Positions 42,435-55,963 are shown, numbered from the whole stretch's first letter. The stretch: DNA of 61,697 nt, filler included, from Platydemus manokwari (GCA_037951405.1; 5 parts of 5 records of this genome joined end to end with filler, not necessarily neighbours in it), one strand, 5' to 3'. The notes: generated by a model from the letters alone, not told the origin. Numbers and translations: made by a program.

Positions 42435-43148
42435 ATGAATACTGAGCTAATAAATACGGCTTCCAAAAATGGAAAGCGGGGTGGACTTCGTAGAATGTTT
42501 AGAATTGTTGAGCCAAATTTGCAACCAAATGATATCGTAGAAAAAGTGGGTAATTTAGGTCGAGTAGTCCGCTTGCAATCGAATTTTACCAAATTTAATG
42601 TTTTAAAAACTTCGAAATACATGATGTATGATACAATGTTTTCTAAAGCCGGTCTTAGTCCAAAGGCGAAACTACAATTTCTTGTACGTATATGCCAAGA
42701 GAAAAATCTACCCGGAGCTTTCTGTTTTGATGGTCGAAGACTTTTTACTAGTGAAAAATGGAACGGCGAAACTGACATTGAAGAAATCAGTCATGGTGAT
42801 TTAAAGATAACGTTTAGACTAGTTTCGACAATTCTTCCAGATACAGAAGAATATTATCAGATGATCAATGTATTATTAAATAATCTACAAGTTATATTAG
42901 GGCAAGAAAAGATCGGAAAAGGTTATTTCCTCAGTCCTAATATAACAAAAAACGAAGTATCGAGAAATGTTGGACCGACTTATTTTGAAACTAATAGCTT
43001 CAAAGTTTTAGGAGGTTTTGGAACAACACTTCAGAGAGGAACTAAACCCAGTGGAGAATTAACCACATTGCTATACATTGAACGAATCAATCGAGTTTTA
43101 AACGATAATTCTGTAGCAAGGACATACAATCGTCGAAATATTGATCAA
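42435..43148 (+). CDS. piwi: Second Piwi paralog, 5' part only (N domain to start of PAZ), truncated by assembly gap
   Basis: First ATG at 42435; open frame up to the Ns. Colinear with the 817-aa Piwi (KRGGLRR, GNLGRVVRLQS, LPGAFCFDGRRLFTSEKW, LQRGTKPSGELTTLLYIERINRVLNDNSV). Confidence 0.93.
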
Positions 43149-43248
43149 NNNNNNNNNNNNNNNNNNNNNNNNNNNNNNNNNNNNNNNNNNNNTTAATTAA
43201 TTAANNNNNNNNNNNNNNNNNNNNNNNNNNNNNNNNNNNNNNNNNNNN
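43149..43248. other. Artificial contig linker
   Basis: Same 100-bp spacer; truncates piwi copy 2 and Meis. Confidence 0.97.
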
Positions 43249-43302
43249 ATTATTATTATTATTATTATTATTATTATCATTATTATCATTATTATTATTA
43301 TT
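43249..43302. repeat. (ATT/ATC)n microsatellite at contig end
   Basis: Direct reading. Confidence 0.9.
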
Positions 43303-43360
43303 AAATTGGCTTTATTGCTACTTGGTTAATAAAAGATCGATAAATCATGATGGATCTCAC

Positions 43361-46300
43361 CTTTTCGATTTCCAATAAATGGAACCGCAACACTTGAATG
43401 GCCTGTATCATCTGAAAATATCACAGATCGATTATGAATAAAAATCAATATCGATTTCAAATACCAATAAATCCATTTCAGAATTGCTTGAGTAGATTTT
43501 CTTATCGGATGTCACCAACTGAAATCGGATAAAAAATGAAATCATTAAAACAACAATGAGTTATAAAAAATATATTCAATTTAGAACGAAAGATAAGCTG
43601 TTAGCATTTGCCCCTGTGTTTTAAACGAGATGTGATCACAGGATCTGGGGACTGGTTTGATTTATATGGGATAGTATGAAAATATTATTTGGTGTAAATA
43701 AATTGGATTTCAATGGGTCCGAATTTGTGAATTGGAAAATATTAGCACGAAAAAAACAACCCAGTCTTTAATTGAAATAATCCAGATCAATATCATGATA
43801 TCATATACCGGGGAATGGGATTCGTTAGAATAAAAATCACAACGTAATAAGCTAATTAGTGAAACTGGAATGTACGTACTAATAATGAGTGCTTCTTTTT
43901 AGATGCGGAATAATCGTCAACCTCATCATCATCATCATCATCATCATCATCTCGCATCATGGCTGGTTTATATGGTCGACTGGTATATCGATTGAAGCGA
44001 GCCGCGCCCAAGCTAAGCCTGGTTGGGCATTTGTAACAAATCCCAATCCTACACCACTACAGTCTATTCGTACCGCCTCATCGTGCCCAGCAAATTCAGC
44101 GGCGGCGGCAACGGCCAGCTGATATTGTCAAACACAGATCGAGATAGTATAATGAAAGAATGTTACCGAACCAAAAAGTCGGCCAGAAATATCACGACAG
44201 AGTGGTGTTTTAAATCGCTTGGCAAAGCACTAGGATTATTTGAATTACAATAACAACTAATGACTACAATCGCATCTTCTCGAATATGTACAAAATGGCA
44301 TTGATATCAATCCGCTAAACCAGGCGAGATGTTCGCTGGCTGAATAAAGGGCCGAACGGCACAAGAAATATTGTGCTGTTGCACTGATATGCCCTCCTCC
44401 TCCTTATCGAAAGAAAAGATCAAAGCAGTCAACCTAACCCAAAGTAACTACTGCATTAAGTGGAACGACAGGCATGTTGGTTTAAAATATATAATATATA
44501 CGATTTTCTTGGCTTACAGCGAGCTAGTATCGAGACATGTAGCTATTTCAGGTTTTGTATTTGATGGTGCGTGTGGGTATGTAGTTTTTGGGGGCTGCGT
44601 ATCAGGGATCGCTGATAAGAAGGAATTATCTAGATCGGGCTACATAAACATACTTGGATAAGTCTGCCTGATTATTCTCGGCTCGAATTATAGCAAGAAG
44701 CAAAAAGAAAAAAAAGTTGGAACCATATCCGGCATTCAACGGATCAATAGTGCTTGGATAATTATCGAACATTTTTACTCGATAAATCACACTTATCCAT
44801 TATGAATTTAATTCAAGGATATTCTTTTTACTTCACACACACACACTCACGCACACGCACTTCAATTTTTATTGTTTTTTTCCGATTGATTTTCTTTCTT
44901 AATACAGCTTTCGTTTTTCGAAACAGTTGTCCACCAAATCAATCTCGGTTAAGCGACATTATTTTTATTCCTAATATCCGAACGAAACCCTTGACATCGG
45001 AATTATACACATATATATATCGTTGATGTTAATATTTCATCCTGCTAAAGATTCTTCGGCTTGTTTTTATGCCACTGTTATTGTGTAAAAAAGTGTCGTG
45101 ACGAAAAAAAGAGAGAAAAATTATACCCGATATTGAATACTGGTAAAAAACCAGATGCCAGACATATTAGATTACATCAGCACAAGTCGATTTCAGAAAA
45201 GGAAATGTAAGAACGATTTAAATTCAACCTAAGTTGAAGAATCAGCGGTAAAAAAAATTTCTGCAGACTCCTTTTCTTCCTTGTCAACATGTATCCATTG
45301 AAAACTTTTACGGAAGAATATTATGGTCGGGCAACCCGAAACGGGGAAACAATACACGACAGAACAATGCGCTAATGCGTATAACGACAGGATCATGGTG
45401 GCCAGGAAGTCGTGACTGTGTTTGTCAGCATGCAGTACTTTGGAGAATAATTTTGATTATTATTATTATCATTATTATTTTTCTCTCTAAGTGAGCGATA
45501 TTAATCGATGTATCCAACCAAGAAATTGGCGGTATTTATGAAATGATATATATTGGTCACATTGTGTGTCAGACAATGTTGAGTATGAAAGGGGATACCA
45601 GGCGTGTAGTCTCTGAACATATGGCAGCGGAGATTGCAGTAGGGAATCGTATCGATAACCAGGTCGACAATTTGACTCTATGGCGAGATAAACATAAGCA
45701 CGAGGAAACTGGTTTAAGAAAGATTTTACTTGACATCGATATTTATTTAACGTATTACTTTCCGTTGATTTTTACAGTGAATCTATCTCATTTAATATAT
45801 CTCTTTATTCAATATTGTCTCTACTATCGAACGAATCTCTCGACGTTGCAGTGTAAATTGACAATATTTTTTATAATAATAGCTTCGACCGAGCCCCGCC
45901 AAACAAATGACGGGCCAGTATAAACCGAACTGAAAAACAGCGCCTGTACGCAACGACTCGTTGATAATTTACGATCGGTATGGCCAAAAATCCGACCAAT
46001 TTTTGTTGACTAACGACTGGCACGGGGTGTGTGTTTCAAGCAATCGCAGACGCGCAGTGTGAGATACAGAGCTGATCGAATACCGGACACCACTACTGTT
46101 ACTACTCGTCGAATCATTACAACAGCCCGTAAGACGGTGGTTTCATGATATGACTATGGGTTTCTGAGGTCGAGTGAGATCCACCGTTTTTTTTTTCATT
46201 CAGTACTTGTACCACATCGCCCCATTTACGAGCCGCTATCGCTTTGAAGACGGCTTCGAATTCGAATTCGACACAGTTTTGTCTTAAAATGGTGTTGAAC

Positions 46301-47467
46301 AGGTATTTATTGTTGACAACAACAGCCACAGCCGTGCCAGTTAGTGAACACATCTGGAGCTGCACACGAATGGTTTTTCAAAACCAGGATAGGTGCGCGA
46401 TAGGGTTACATAAAATTTCAACGATATCCTGGCGAATGAAGCGAGAAAGATTATATATAAATATCATAGAATATCATTGATATTTTCTTTGTTGAAGATA
46501 CCTTTACCATTGGTTTTTGTCATAGATGTTCACATCGATTAATTTTACCATCCAAATCTTCATCATCCAAAATGTCCCAAAAATATTAATATATTCATTA
46601 AAGCAAAAGCTAATAATTTTATAGGGTTTGGTCGACCAACTTTATGTTGTTGCTTTCTGTAAATATTTATTAAATCCCTAGATTTTAAAAATTATATTTT
46701 ATACTTATCTTCATAATTTTATCTTCACAAAAATTATCGATAAGATAATTAAAACAAGATCATAAAATCAAATCACTAACCTCCTTTGCAAAAACCATCA
46801 CATCTTCATTGAAAGATTCCGACGAACATATATCCATTGAGCTGGACGAATATTTCGGAGTGTACGTGGCTAGTTCGCATTTCTCGAAAATTACGGCTAA
46901 TAGCGGAAAGAGCGAATGGCTATGAAAATATTTCAGTACATCATCACAAAACAAAACCAATCCAACCTGTAGATGATTTCCTTTTCGCCTTTGAACTGAT
47001 AATCTGAATCGTGGCTATTGTTCGTCATCGATCCGACATACGCAGCCGGATGGGATATCGTACCGCGAATGTACGACGATTCAGTGGAATGGCAAACCGA
47101 TCGCGATATTTCATCCATTTCGTTGTTGTGATTCGAATGTTTGGTGATTGTCGAATTCGTCAAATCACCGGACAAGGGCGATGAAGTCGTAGCTAGCAAA
47201 CCATTGGAGCTCGGACAACTGGCTTTGATACCAATGGCGATGTTGTCGTTTCGCAATGAGAACTGGATAAAATTTCAATGAAAAGCCCAACGAAAAATAA
47301 AATATTTGATGGAGATCATCATCATCAATCACTATATAAATCAACAATAACAAAATTGCTATCGATAAAACCCACAACAATAACAACAACAAAAAACCAA
47401 CAACAACAACTACAACAACAACAAAAAAACGTACATTTTTCGAATTATTAGAAACGTTGGTTGACAT
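43361..47467 (-). CDS. Meis: Meis/homothorax TALE homeobox gene, first five coding exons (HM/MEINOX domain); 3' part including homeobox absent
   Basis: GT-AG, phase-consistent exons 47467-47435 ([11 protein letters not shown]), 47262-46967 (...KGEKEIIYS), 46919-46781 ([22 protein letters not shown]...[18 protein letters not shown]), 43518-43465 ([18 protein letters not shown]), 43411-43361 ([17 protein letters not shown]). EKCELAT and SSESFNED indicate Meis rather than Prep. Confidence 0.93.
43923..43951. repeat. (CAT)n microsatellite in Meis intron
   Basis: Direct reading. Confidence 0.9.
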
Positions 47468-47659
47468 ATTGGCATAGAAATAGGAGTAATGTTATTTTTG
47501 ATATGTGGTTTTGTAATATTTTTTTATTACTTCGGTAATAATAATTATTATTATCAATGGCACAAAGTATTTCCAGAGTTGAGTCGATGTCAGTAACTGT
47601 CGAAATGATAGGTGTAAAAGCACTGTATACTGCTGATGCGTCTGGAGATTGATTTTGAT

Positions 47660-47875
47660 ATTAAAACTGACAAATCTGACACTAAATGAGACAAAGCGGG
47701 AGTGCGCAGATAGATTGACAGCGATAGATTGACGCTTTTTATTAATAGTGAATGTAATGATCGGTCCAGATGTTGAGTTGATAGAGTCACGAGAAAACTA
47801 AAAATATAGCGGCGGTACTATCGAGTATGCGCAGTGACAGAGAGATATAAATTTAATCGAGAATGACAGGCAGTA
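47660..47875. promoter_or_regulatory. Cluster of Meis/TALE-type TGACAG sites upstream of the Meis start codon
   Basis: TGACAG at 47716, 47835, 47864; TGACA at 47668, 47677; the first lies in AGATTGACAG, one mismatch from the Pbx-Meis/Prep decamer TGATTGACAG. Confidence 0.45.
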
Positions 47876-49764
47876 TATGAAGCCGAATTAATATTCCGTG
47901 TGGGCCGCTGCTGCTTCACTGACTCGTATAATAAGTGCTTGTATGCCTGTATGTATGTATGTGTCTGTCTGTCTAACTCAATCACACTCTTACTGCATTA
48001 TCGGATGCCGCTAACTCTTGTTAGTATGCTACTACAATACCCATATCTGGACGAGTAATTCTCTTCAATCTAATTGGCTGCATGAACTCCAATCTCAATC
48101 TGGTATGCAGTAATTGCAAAAACAGATCATCTCATTATTGGCTACCTGATTGGTGTGTACAATAACGACTTTGTTGTAGTTTAGATTCGGCTCAGAAAAT
48201 CATCGAACATTATAGGCGCACCAATTACACTTCAGTTTCTATCATCTTCAATATCGACTCAATTTGGTATTGATTCGAAATTCATGGATTTTTTCCGATT
48301 TTGAACAAATTAATCTCTCGGCTAATTTGTCATAAAGTTTATTGTGATAAAGAAAAATTTCACAATTTGGAAATATTGTTTTTGAAAATTTTTTTTGCTT
48401 ATGTTTTCATTTCTTGTGTTAATAAAAAAAGATGTTTTTTTTTACAGAAAATGCTACCTCATGAGACACACACAACCGTGGCATACATACACGCATGCCT
48501 ACATTTTAATAAATGGCCATTATGATTTATATTTTGACAAATTATCGGTTAATGCATAGGACAAAATCGTTATTTGAATCTTTAAAGATTTTGTTTGTCA
48601 GACTTTATTGAATTATTCGTTTTGATGATTTGATTATTGTGGTCACAAAAAAGTAAAACGAAAGACAACGAACAATAAAAAAAAACCGAAACAAAAATAC
48701 ACCAATTATTGAAGGAGAAATATCGATTTTCGTATAATTTTGTCCGGTTATATATATCGGCAAAATTATTGATCAATAAATTGAAATATATATATATTTG
48801 TTTTAATCGTGTGACTGAAGACGATCATTTGAATTTGGTTTTTCGATAATTTTTATTGATATTTCGAACGATATATATGTCGATATCACGAAATATCATT
48901 TCCTGGCTTGAGATAATTGTCTGCCAAACGAAATTCAGGTAGAAAACTGTTGCCATAATATGATCATTAATGGATTTCAGTCCAGATTGATAAATAATTA
49001 CCGTAATCATAGCATTAATTGCGTAATATGGCTCATGTTCATTGAATTGGTGATTTGAAATCTTCGGGGAATTTTCGTTTTATCAATGGGCTAATGGTTG
49101 AATGGGTGTTAACCACTTGGTCACCGGTTTTTGGGTTTTATTTTTGATAATAGATATTGGCATTCGAAATTTCGACGGAGCTAGTAACGGATAAAATTAT
49201 GCTCATGACATACTATCAGAAGTCTAATAATCGATTAATAATCAATACTGTAATCTATTATCAATACGTCTCCCTTAGCAACCGATCCTAACACGATCGG
49301 AATTAATTGCTTTAATTTATCAATTAAAACGCAAAATAAATTTCCGATCAATCGATAACAAGAAACATTTCTGGCCGACCGGCCAAAAATATCAGGCTTT
49401 TGAAAAGCTATTTGATATATTTAAGCAAAACTAGAATCGGAAATCAACAGCAATATCTAGAAAGTCCATTAATGGATTTCCAGTCGGTCACTTTTTTTTA
49501 AATAGATATTCTAAATTATTTTCTCCGCCAATTTACTTTCGGTGTTGGCCGAGAACAAAACGTAGTTGGGAAGCCCATTTAAAATGGGGATAATGACGAA
49601 TGGAATCGGTATGGCTTTCATATACGCCTACATCGGTTTCTGGTGCCTAGACGTTGGTCACCGAATTTACCTGTTACATCAGTGATTAAATTGAAATAAT
49701 AATAATAATAACAATAACAATAATTATAAAAATGAATATAAACACTCAAATAATCATATACAAG

Positions 49765-49963
49765 TTTTGTGATTAGAATAGCAACTTGTGTTAAAAACTA
49801 TGTTTTCTCCTTATCAGACATTCTAAAAAGTGAGTTATTAAATGAATTATACGAATAAATCAAGCATCACCATTATATATAAAATTAAGTTATAAAATTT
49901 TCTCAAATGCAAAAATTCATTAGTATGAAAGTAGGTCAAAGGACCCCCTTTTTGATTTAAGTC
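49765..49963 (-). mobile_element. Partial copy of the same MITE family
   Basis: TGTGATTAGAATAG...GAAAGTAGGTCAAAGGACCCCC matches the family left end in reverse. Confidence 0.7.
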
Positions 49964-52926
49964 GATTTTTTACAAAAATTTGCTTTAAAACTTTTTGATA
50001 ATTAGTCATCATTTATTTAGATGATCTATTAAAACCAAGTTTTTATGTGCAATTTGTAAATATCCTTGAAATTTCTATTAAACCGTTTTCAAAAACTTCT
50101 TTTTTGTTAGATCAATCATTTTTCATCGTAGATAATTATTTTAAAAAAAGTTTTGTACATAATTTATGAACTGATGGAATTGTTTAAAGATCAAGGTTAC
50201 CAATATCTATCAATGAGGTTTGAAACGATCTAGTTTGTGTAATTGTTTATTAATTGCATTGTCTAATTTAAAAGGATCCTAATAAAACGATTTGCATTGA
50301 AATTTACCGACATTCATTGAAAACGATGCAAACATTTACAATATATTTAGGTTATTGTTTTTACTCCCATTATCAATGAATACCACTTTATATTTTTATC
50401 AAAAACCGTTATCATTTGCTTTGATTGTCATAGTGATTACCACGCAATCTGTAGAAACAAAAAATTACAATGATTAATAAAATGCAAACGATGTTTTACC
50501 ATAAACTAGAATATCTGATGTCAGAAACATTTTCCTGCTGAATTTAAAGTTCTTAATAGCTTGTTCATAGAGATGATGTCAAGACTAATCTGCAATATAA
50601 GCCATACTTTAAATAACATAGGTTATTTAATAGGTTTTTCAGTGACTAGCTTTACATGATAATCTAAACCTTCTTTTTACTACTTTCTAATGTCAAGTCT
50701 TTCTTGTTGGAATATTTCTCCATTTACAACACGGATTTATAGCCATAAAACTATAAGGGGTGTGAAGTTGTTAATTGAATTAATGTAGAATGCGCAATTG
50801 TCTAACGGTGTTGATGATCTTTTAACTCAAGATTATCGAATTGGACCTCGAATGATGGATTCAAACCCACAACCATTTCTTTAACATTCGTTATTATTTA
50901 TTACTTTGTCGATTTTTATGAATTATAAGAATTGTTTTATCAGATTTTTAAGCTCATCACCCAATCTTTTATATATCGTTTAATCCATTTACAACCTACA
51001 AAAATACACAATTAATGGGATCTTTTTATAATAACTTTTTATTGATTAATTTATGAATATCTTTATTCGTGACTTGGACAAAGTTAGACGAGTAATAGAA
51101 GTCAAGCTTATAATATAAATCACAAAAAATGATATAAAGTAATTCAAAGCCAAAATTTCATTATTTTCAAAATTAGTTTTCTTGAATGATTGAAATGCAG
51201 TCAGAATATTTTTAACAGGATTCCCTCTTCTCTAAAATTATTGTAAAATTGCCTCAGTGAAGAAAAATTGTAAAAACAAAGATATTATCACAAGCTTCAA
51301 TAAAAGTTATTAAATCAACTGAAAGTTCTTCTATACAATTGAGAATTGTTTCAATTCCAAATGATGTCATGCAATCTTAATCGGTTATGGGAAATGATGT
51401 TGAAAATTATTAATTATCTATTCGTTGAAAACAAATGCAGTTTTTATCGAAATAAATTGATAAGTTTGGCAAACTTCTTTCGGTGATATTTTTTGTGTGA
51501 ACAATCCTATTAAAAAGAGAAATTCACATAAAAATAGATAAAGTATTTAACAACCAGTAAAATGTACTTAAATATATTTTATAATAATCATGATGTTGAA
51601 TTTCCTTTTGATGGTTCATTGACTATGACATGAATTGATTTGAAATTTTCCATTTATATTCTTCAAGTTCATCAAGATTTATAAATTTCGAAAAAAAGGT
51701 CATTTTGTTGATTTAGTTCAAATTACCATCATTAATGATGAAAATTTTAATATAAAATTACTTGCTTTATCAGTTCTTATATGTATCGACTGCGTATAAA
51801 TATGATTAATAATAAGATAATTTTAACAAATAATATAACAATTAATATTCCAAAGAAGCTTATTATATATCCTATAATTAATGGAGTGATTAAAATCTTC
51901 AATGAGCCATTGCAATTTATCAATGCTTCATATCATAGTTTCACCCCAGGTTAAATAATTGACATCTGTTTTCTTATCGTAGATGTTTTTAGGTACGAAA
52001 AGCAATTTTCGTTCTTCTTTCCTTTCCATTGTAAATATTATTATGAATGGCTTCATTTAATATTTGATACAATGCACCTCTTTTTTCGTATGTTTTGTAC
52101 TTAAGTTAAAACGACCTCATTTGAATCCAACCATCTCCTAATGTAGGTAAGTACAATTTTTTCAAGAAGCACTGTCTAATCTAACATTGTTATCTCAATC
52201 TCCAGATTCGAATCTGTTTCTTACAACTTACATACACTGTGTAGTATCGTATGAAGGATTAACAATTACAACTCAAATCAGAAATTTGATTTGAAACAGA
52301 TATGTATCTTGTCGACATATTGAAAACCTCGCATTCACAATACAAATCATAATGTTTGTTGCACAAGGCATCCATCCTTCAAATTTCTATTATATTGTAC
52401 AGATCGATACAAAACCAGTATCTTAGATGGGTTGATGAGATAGTCCTACATTTTAAATGAAATAAATTTCAAATGTTATGTAAATTTCTTCAAAGATTGG
52501 ATTCATACTTGTAATTTACCACAAAAATCGAATGAATAGATTTGAAATGATAACAGATTTTTTGTTTGGCGTATGCATATTCTAATAATAACTTGTTAAA
52601 GTCATATCTGTTGTTTTGCTGGAACAGAAATTACACTAAATTAGTCATTGAAGTTAACACTATTTATCTCACAGCGTTTTTCGATTCTTTGAACTCATAG
52701 ATGATGTACTGTTGACCAGATTTTCAGTTTCCACTTTTTATATAGATATGGATTTTAAAACCCATACTTTCTTTTATTTATATACAAATTATGAACTCCA
52801 AATTTCCACCACACTCAAAAATATTGCAGATCTTTTAAAATATATTCCAAAAATAAGTAAATTACCATTAATTAAGCATTCAATTTTAATCTGGGAGATC
52901 AAGGTGTTTATAGGTTTTTGCTAAAT

Positions 52927-53026
52927 NNNNNNNNNNNNNNNNNNNNNNNNNNNNNNNNNNNNNNNNNNNNTTAATTAATTAANNNNNNNNNNNNNNNNNN
53001 NNNNNNNNNNNNNNNNNNNNNNNNNN
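52927..53026. other. Artificial contig linker
   Basis: Same 100-bp spacer. Confidence 0.97.
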
Positions 53027-54415
53027 TAATATATTTTATTTTATGTTTACCTCTATTTGTACTTCTTACTGAGATATTACTGAGATAATATTGATTCTAT
53101 TACAATGCTAATCCAATTCTTCACATCTCTTCTTATAGAATTTTCTATTTATTTTCGTTATTTCTATATTCAAATATCTTTATCTACCTGTATTCTCGAC
53201 ATATCCCTCTGTTCGTTATCTTTAATCTACCCTATTTCTTGTAAACCTTTCTAGTATTGATTTAATTGAAATATAATCCAGATCTGTGGTTGCCATGTTA
53301 ACTGCTAATATTGCATCAAGTATTGATTGGTGCGCATTCTAAAAAACTCAGTTTATAGAAAATATATTCAACTAAAATATTCAAGAAGTTTATTTAAAGG
53401 ATTTTTTAAAATAATTTATTGTATTTAAAATGGTTAAAAAATATTTATGAAAACTGTAAAATCCTCACAAGTGACATTTTTTCGTTGTGTCCATTTTCTT
53501 TCTTTCCTTTCCGATTATTTAAAGGAAAATGCAACAAACAAGCATAAAGCGATTGTGAATTGAGTATCTATGGCTTCGAATTATGAAATGGTGGATTCGG
53601 TTCATAACCGACACTGATGAATACTATAAGATCGGTCTACTGTTGATAATCAATCCGATCGATCAATGGAATCATACGCAGCTTTACACCAAGAAAATTT
53701 TTGTAGACATATATTTAACCAAATCATATTCAACCCTCAAAATACTGAGCAACACTACAGATTTTCTAACAGTTGATATATAGATAATAGATAGATAGAC
53801 AATATCGATATAACTTTCCTATAAAACCCACCTCGTCACGTGAGTACCAAATTAATTATTGATTTTTAATTTCTGATGGCTTAAAAAATCAACAGAATTT
53901 TTCAAAAATCCAATAACCGTGTGACTTTAAATCTACTGTAGCACACAATGTCAAATCAATATATTACAAATATTACAAAAAAACAATAAAATAACCGAAA
54001 AAATCGATTCGATAAATTCATGAAACAATTTCAATATTAAAAATGAGAATTATTAGAATAATTGATTTAAACAAAACAAAAGCACGAAAACAAATTGAAA
54101 TAAAAGTTAATTATGTTGTAAATTAATTCTAAAAATATCACCTATTTAATAAAATCGATTTAATTTAATTTATTAAACGAACATTTTCGTCAGAAAATTA
54201 CAGTGAATAGATTAGATTTGTGAACGAGAATAATATTTGTGATTTATCAATATTTGTTTGAAATGAATTTTTGAGATTTAGATTATAATGGATTCAACGT
54301 GTATAGGATTGGAACGAAAGTATTGTCCAATAGAAAATAATATTTATTTAATCAATAACGAAAATATGCAAATTGAAAAATATCAACAAAACATCATTCT
54401 TCTGTAAATTTGAAA

Positions 54416-54727
54416 TGTTGAAAATAGTCACCTTTAAGGTCCACACATTTTGGCCAGCGTTCTGAAAGTTGTTTTATGCCGTTTCCATAGAATTCCGCTG
54501 GTTTTGAAACAAACCACTTTTTCAAATCATAGTTAGCCTCTTCAGCGAAGTGATAAGTTTTCTCACGAAACAGAGTTTTTCTATAGGAGAAAACAGTTAA
54601 TAGTGTGAAGGGGCAATATCTAGGGAGTTCGATGGATGCGGTATTACCGGAAAACTGATCTCAGCAAGCTTATTTTGAGTGAAACGTGTCATAAGTGGTC
54701 GAGTGTTATCGCGAAGGAAATGGAACT
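54416..54727 (-). mobile_element. Mariner transposase C-terminal remnant (stop and frameshift)
   Basis: Translates to FLRDNTRPL...IPHPSNSLDIAPSHY*LF then KWFVSKPAEFYGNGIKQLSERWPKCVDLKGDYF, matching mariner HDNARPH, HPPYSPDLAPSDY and FYxxGIxxLxxRWxKCxxxxGxY. Confidence 0.9.
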
Positions 54728-55949
54728 TATCAAAACTGTTTCTACTGTTCCTGAATCGCATCTACAAATTAGTCCAACTTAGTGCAGCAAATTTCTGAGT
54801 TTATTTTTCGTTATAGAAAATCGATATATTTTATTGATTTATTTTATTTTATTTTAAATGAATGACTTATTTTAGTGTATTTATTTTACTTGGTATTTCA
54901 AACCACTTAAAATTATTTCAGTATAAAATCTGAATGAATTAATCAAAAAATCCACAAATTTAGATCTTTTTTCAATAAATCACATGATGAATATTTTCTG
55001 TACATCAAAAACAATTTAGAACAATTACATTTATTATTATCATTATTTTGTGTTTATTTTTTCAAATAAATCTTTCTAAGATTTTGCAATAAGATACCAA
55101 AAATTATTGGATTTATCGATTTATCGAGAATGTTGATGAATAATGTTGACAGCTTGGTTACAATGCCACTATTATTTAATGGAACATGAATCGAAAACGA
55201 ATTTAAGAAGTTCAAACAGAAAAATATAAAATAAAAATATTCGAACAAATCATACGGATCATTTTAATATTAATTGGTTTTAAAATCGGCATATCCAAAT
55301 TTTTATAAAATCTTCATTTTCAACACCTTTATTGTTATCCAATTCTATTTATTTTTAATATTCTCCATCGCCACTTTTCACTATCGAATTATCTGAATAT
55401 TACTTGTATAATACATATAAATCTCAATTTTTTCTCTAGATATGCATTGTCTACATTATTTATTTTCTTACTTCTCAAATATTTGCCTTCTCATACTTGA
55501 ATACAATTACGCGTCAGCTTTGCTAGCTGCTATTATTTCATTGAACAAGCATTTTAAAAGAATTTAAGAAATTCAACGCACAAAGTATATTTAATTAAAA
55601 TATTCGTTTAAGTCTTTTTAAATATCAAAATATTTAAAATGCTCATTTAAACTTTGATTCATTTCAAAATTAGGCAACACAGACCAATTAAACACAACGA
55701 AATATTATTTTTAAATGAATATCCTAAGGCCCAGGAACCTAATTTCAATTAAATTAAAATTAATAAAATGAATTTACAACATTTTGTCAGTTTAATCTAT
55801 TTTTTTTCACTAATTTGTTTCAGATATTGAAGAACGTGCCACAACCAAAATCTGAAAGTATTCCGACAAGCCTGCACACAAATCAAATATAAAATTTAAC
55901 ACATTTCCACAAGATCATTTATCGAATGTCCATTGTGCAATTTTTCGAC

Positions 55950-55963
55950 AAACAGACACACAG

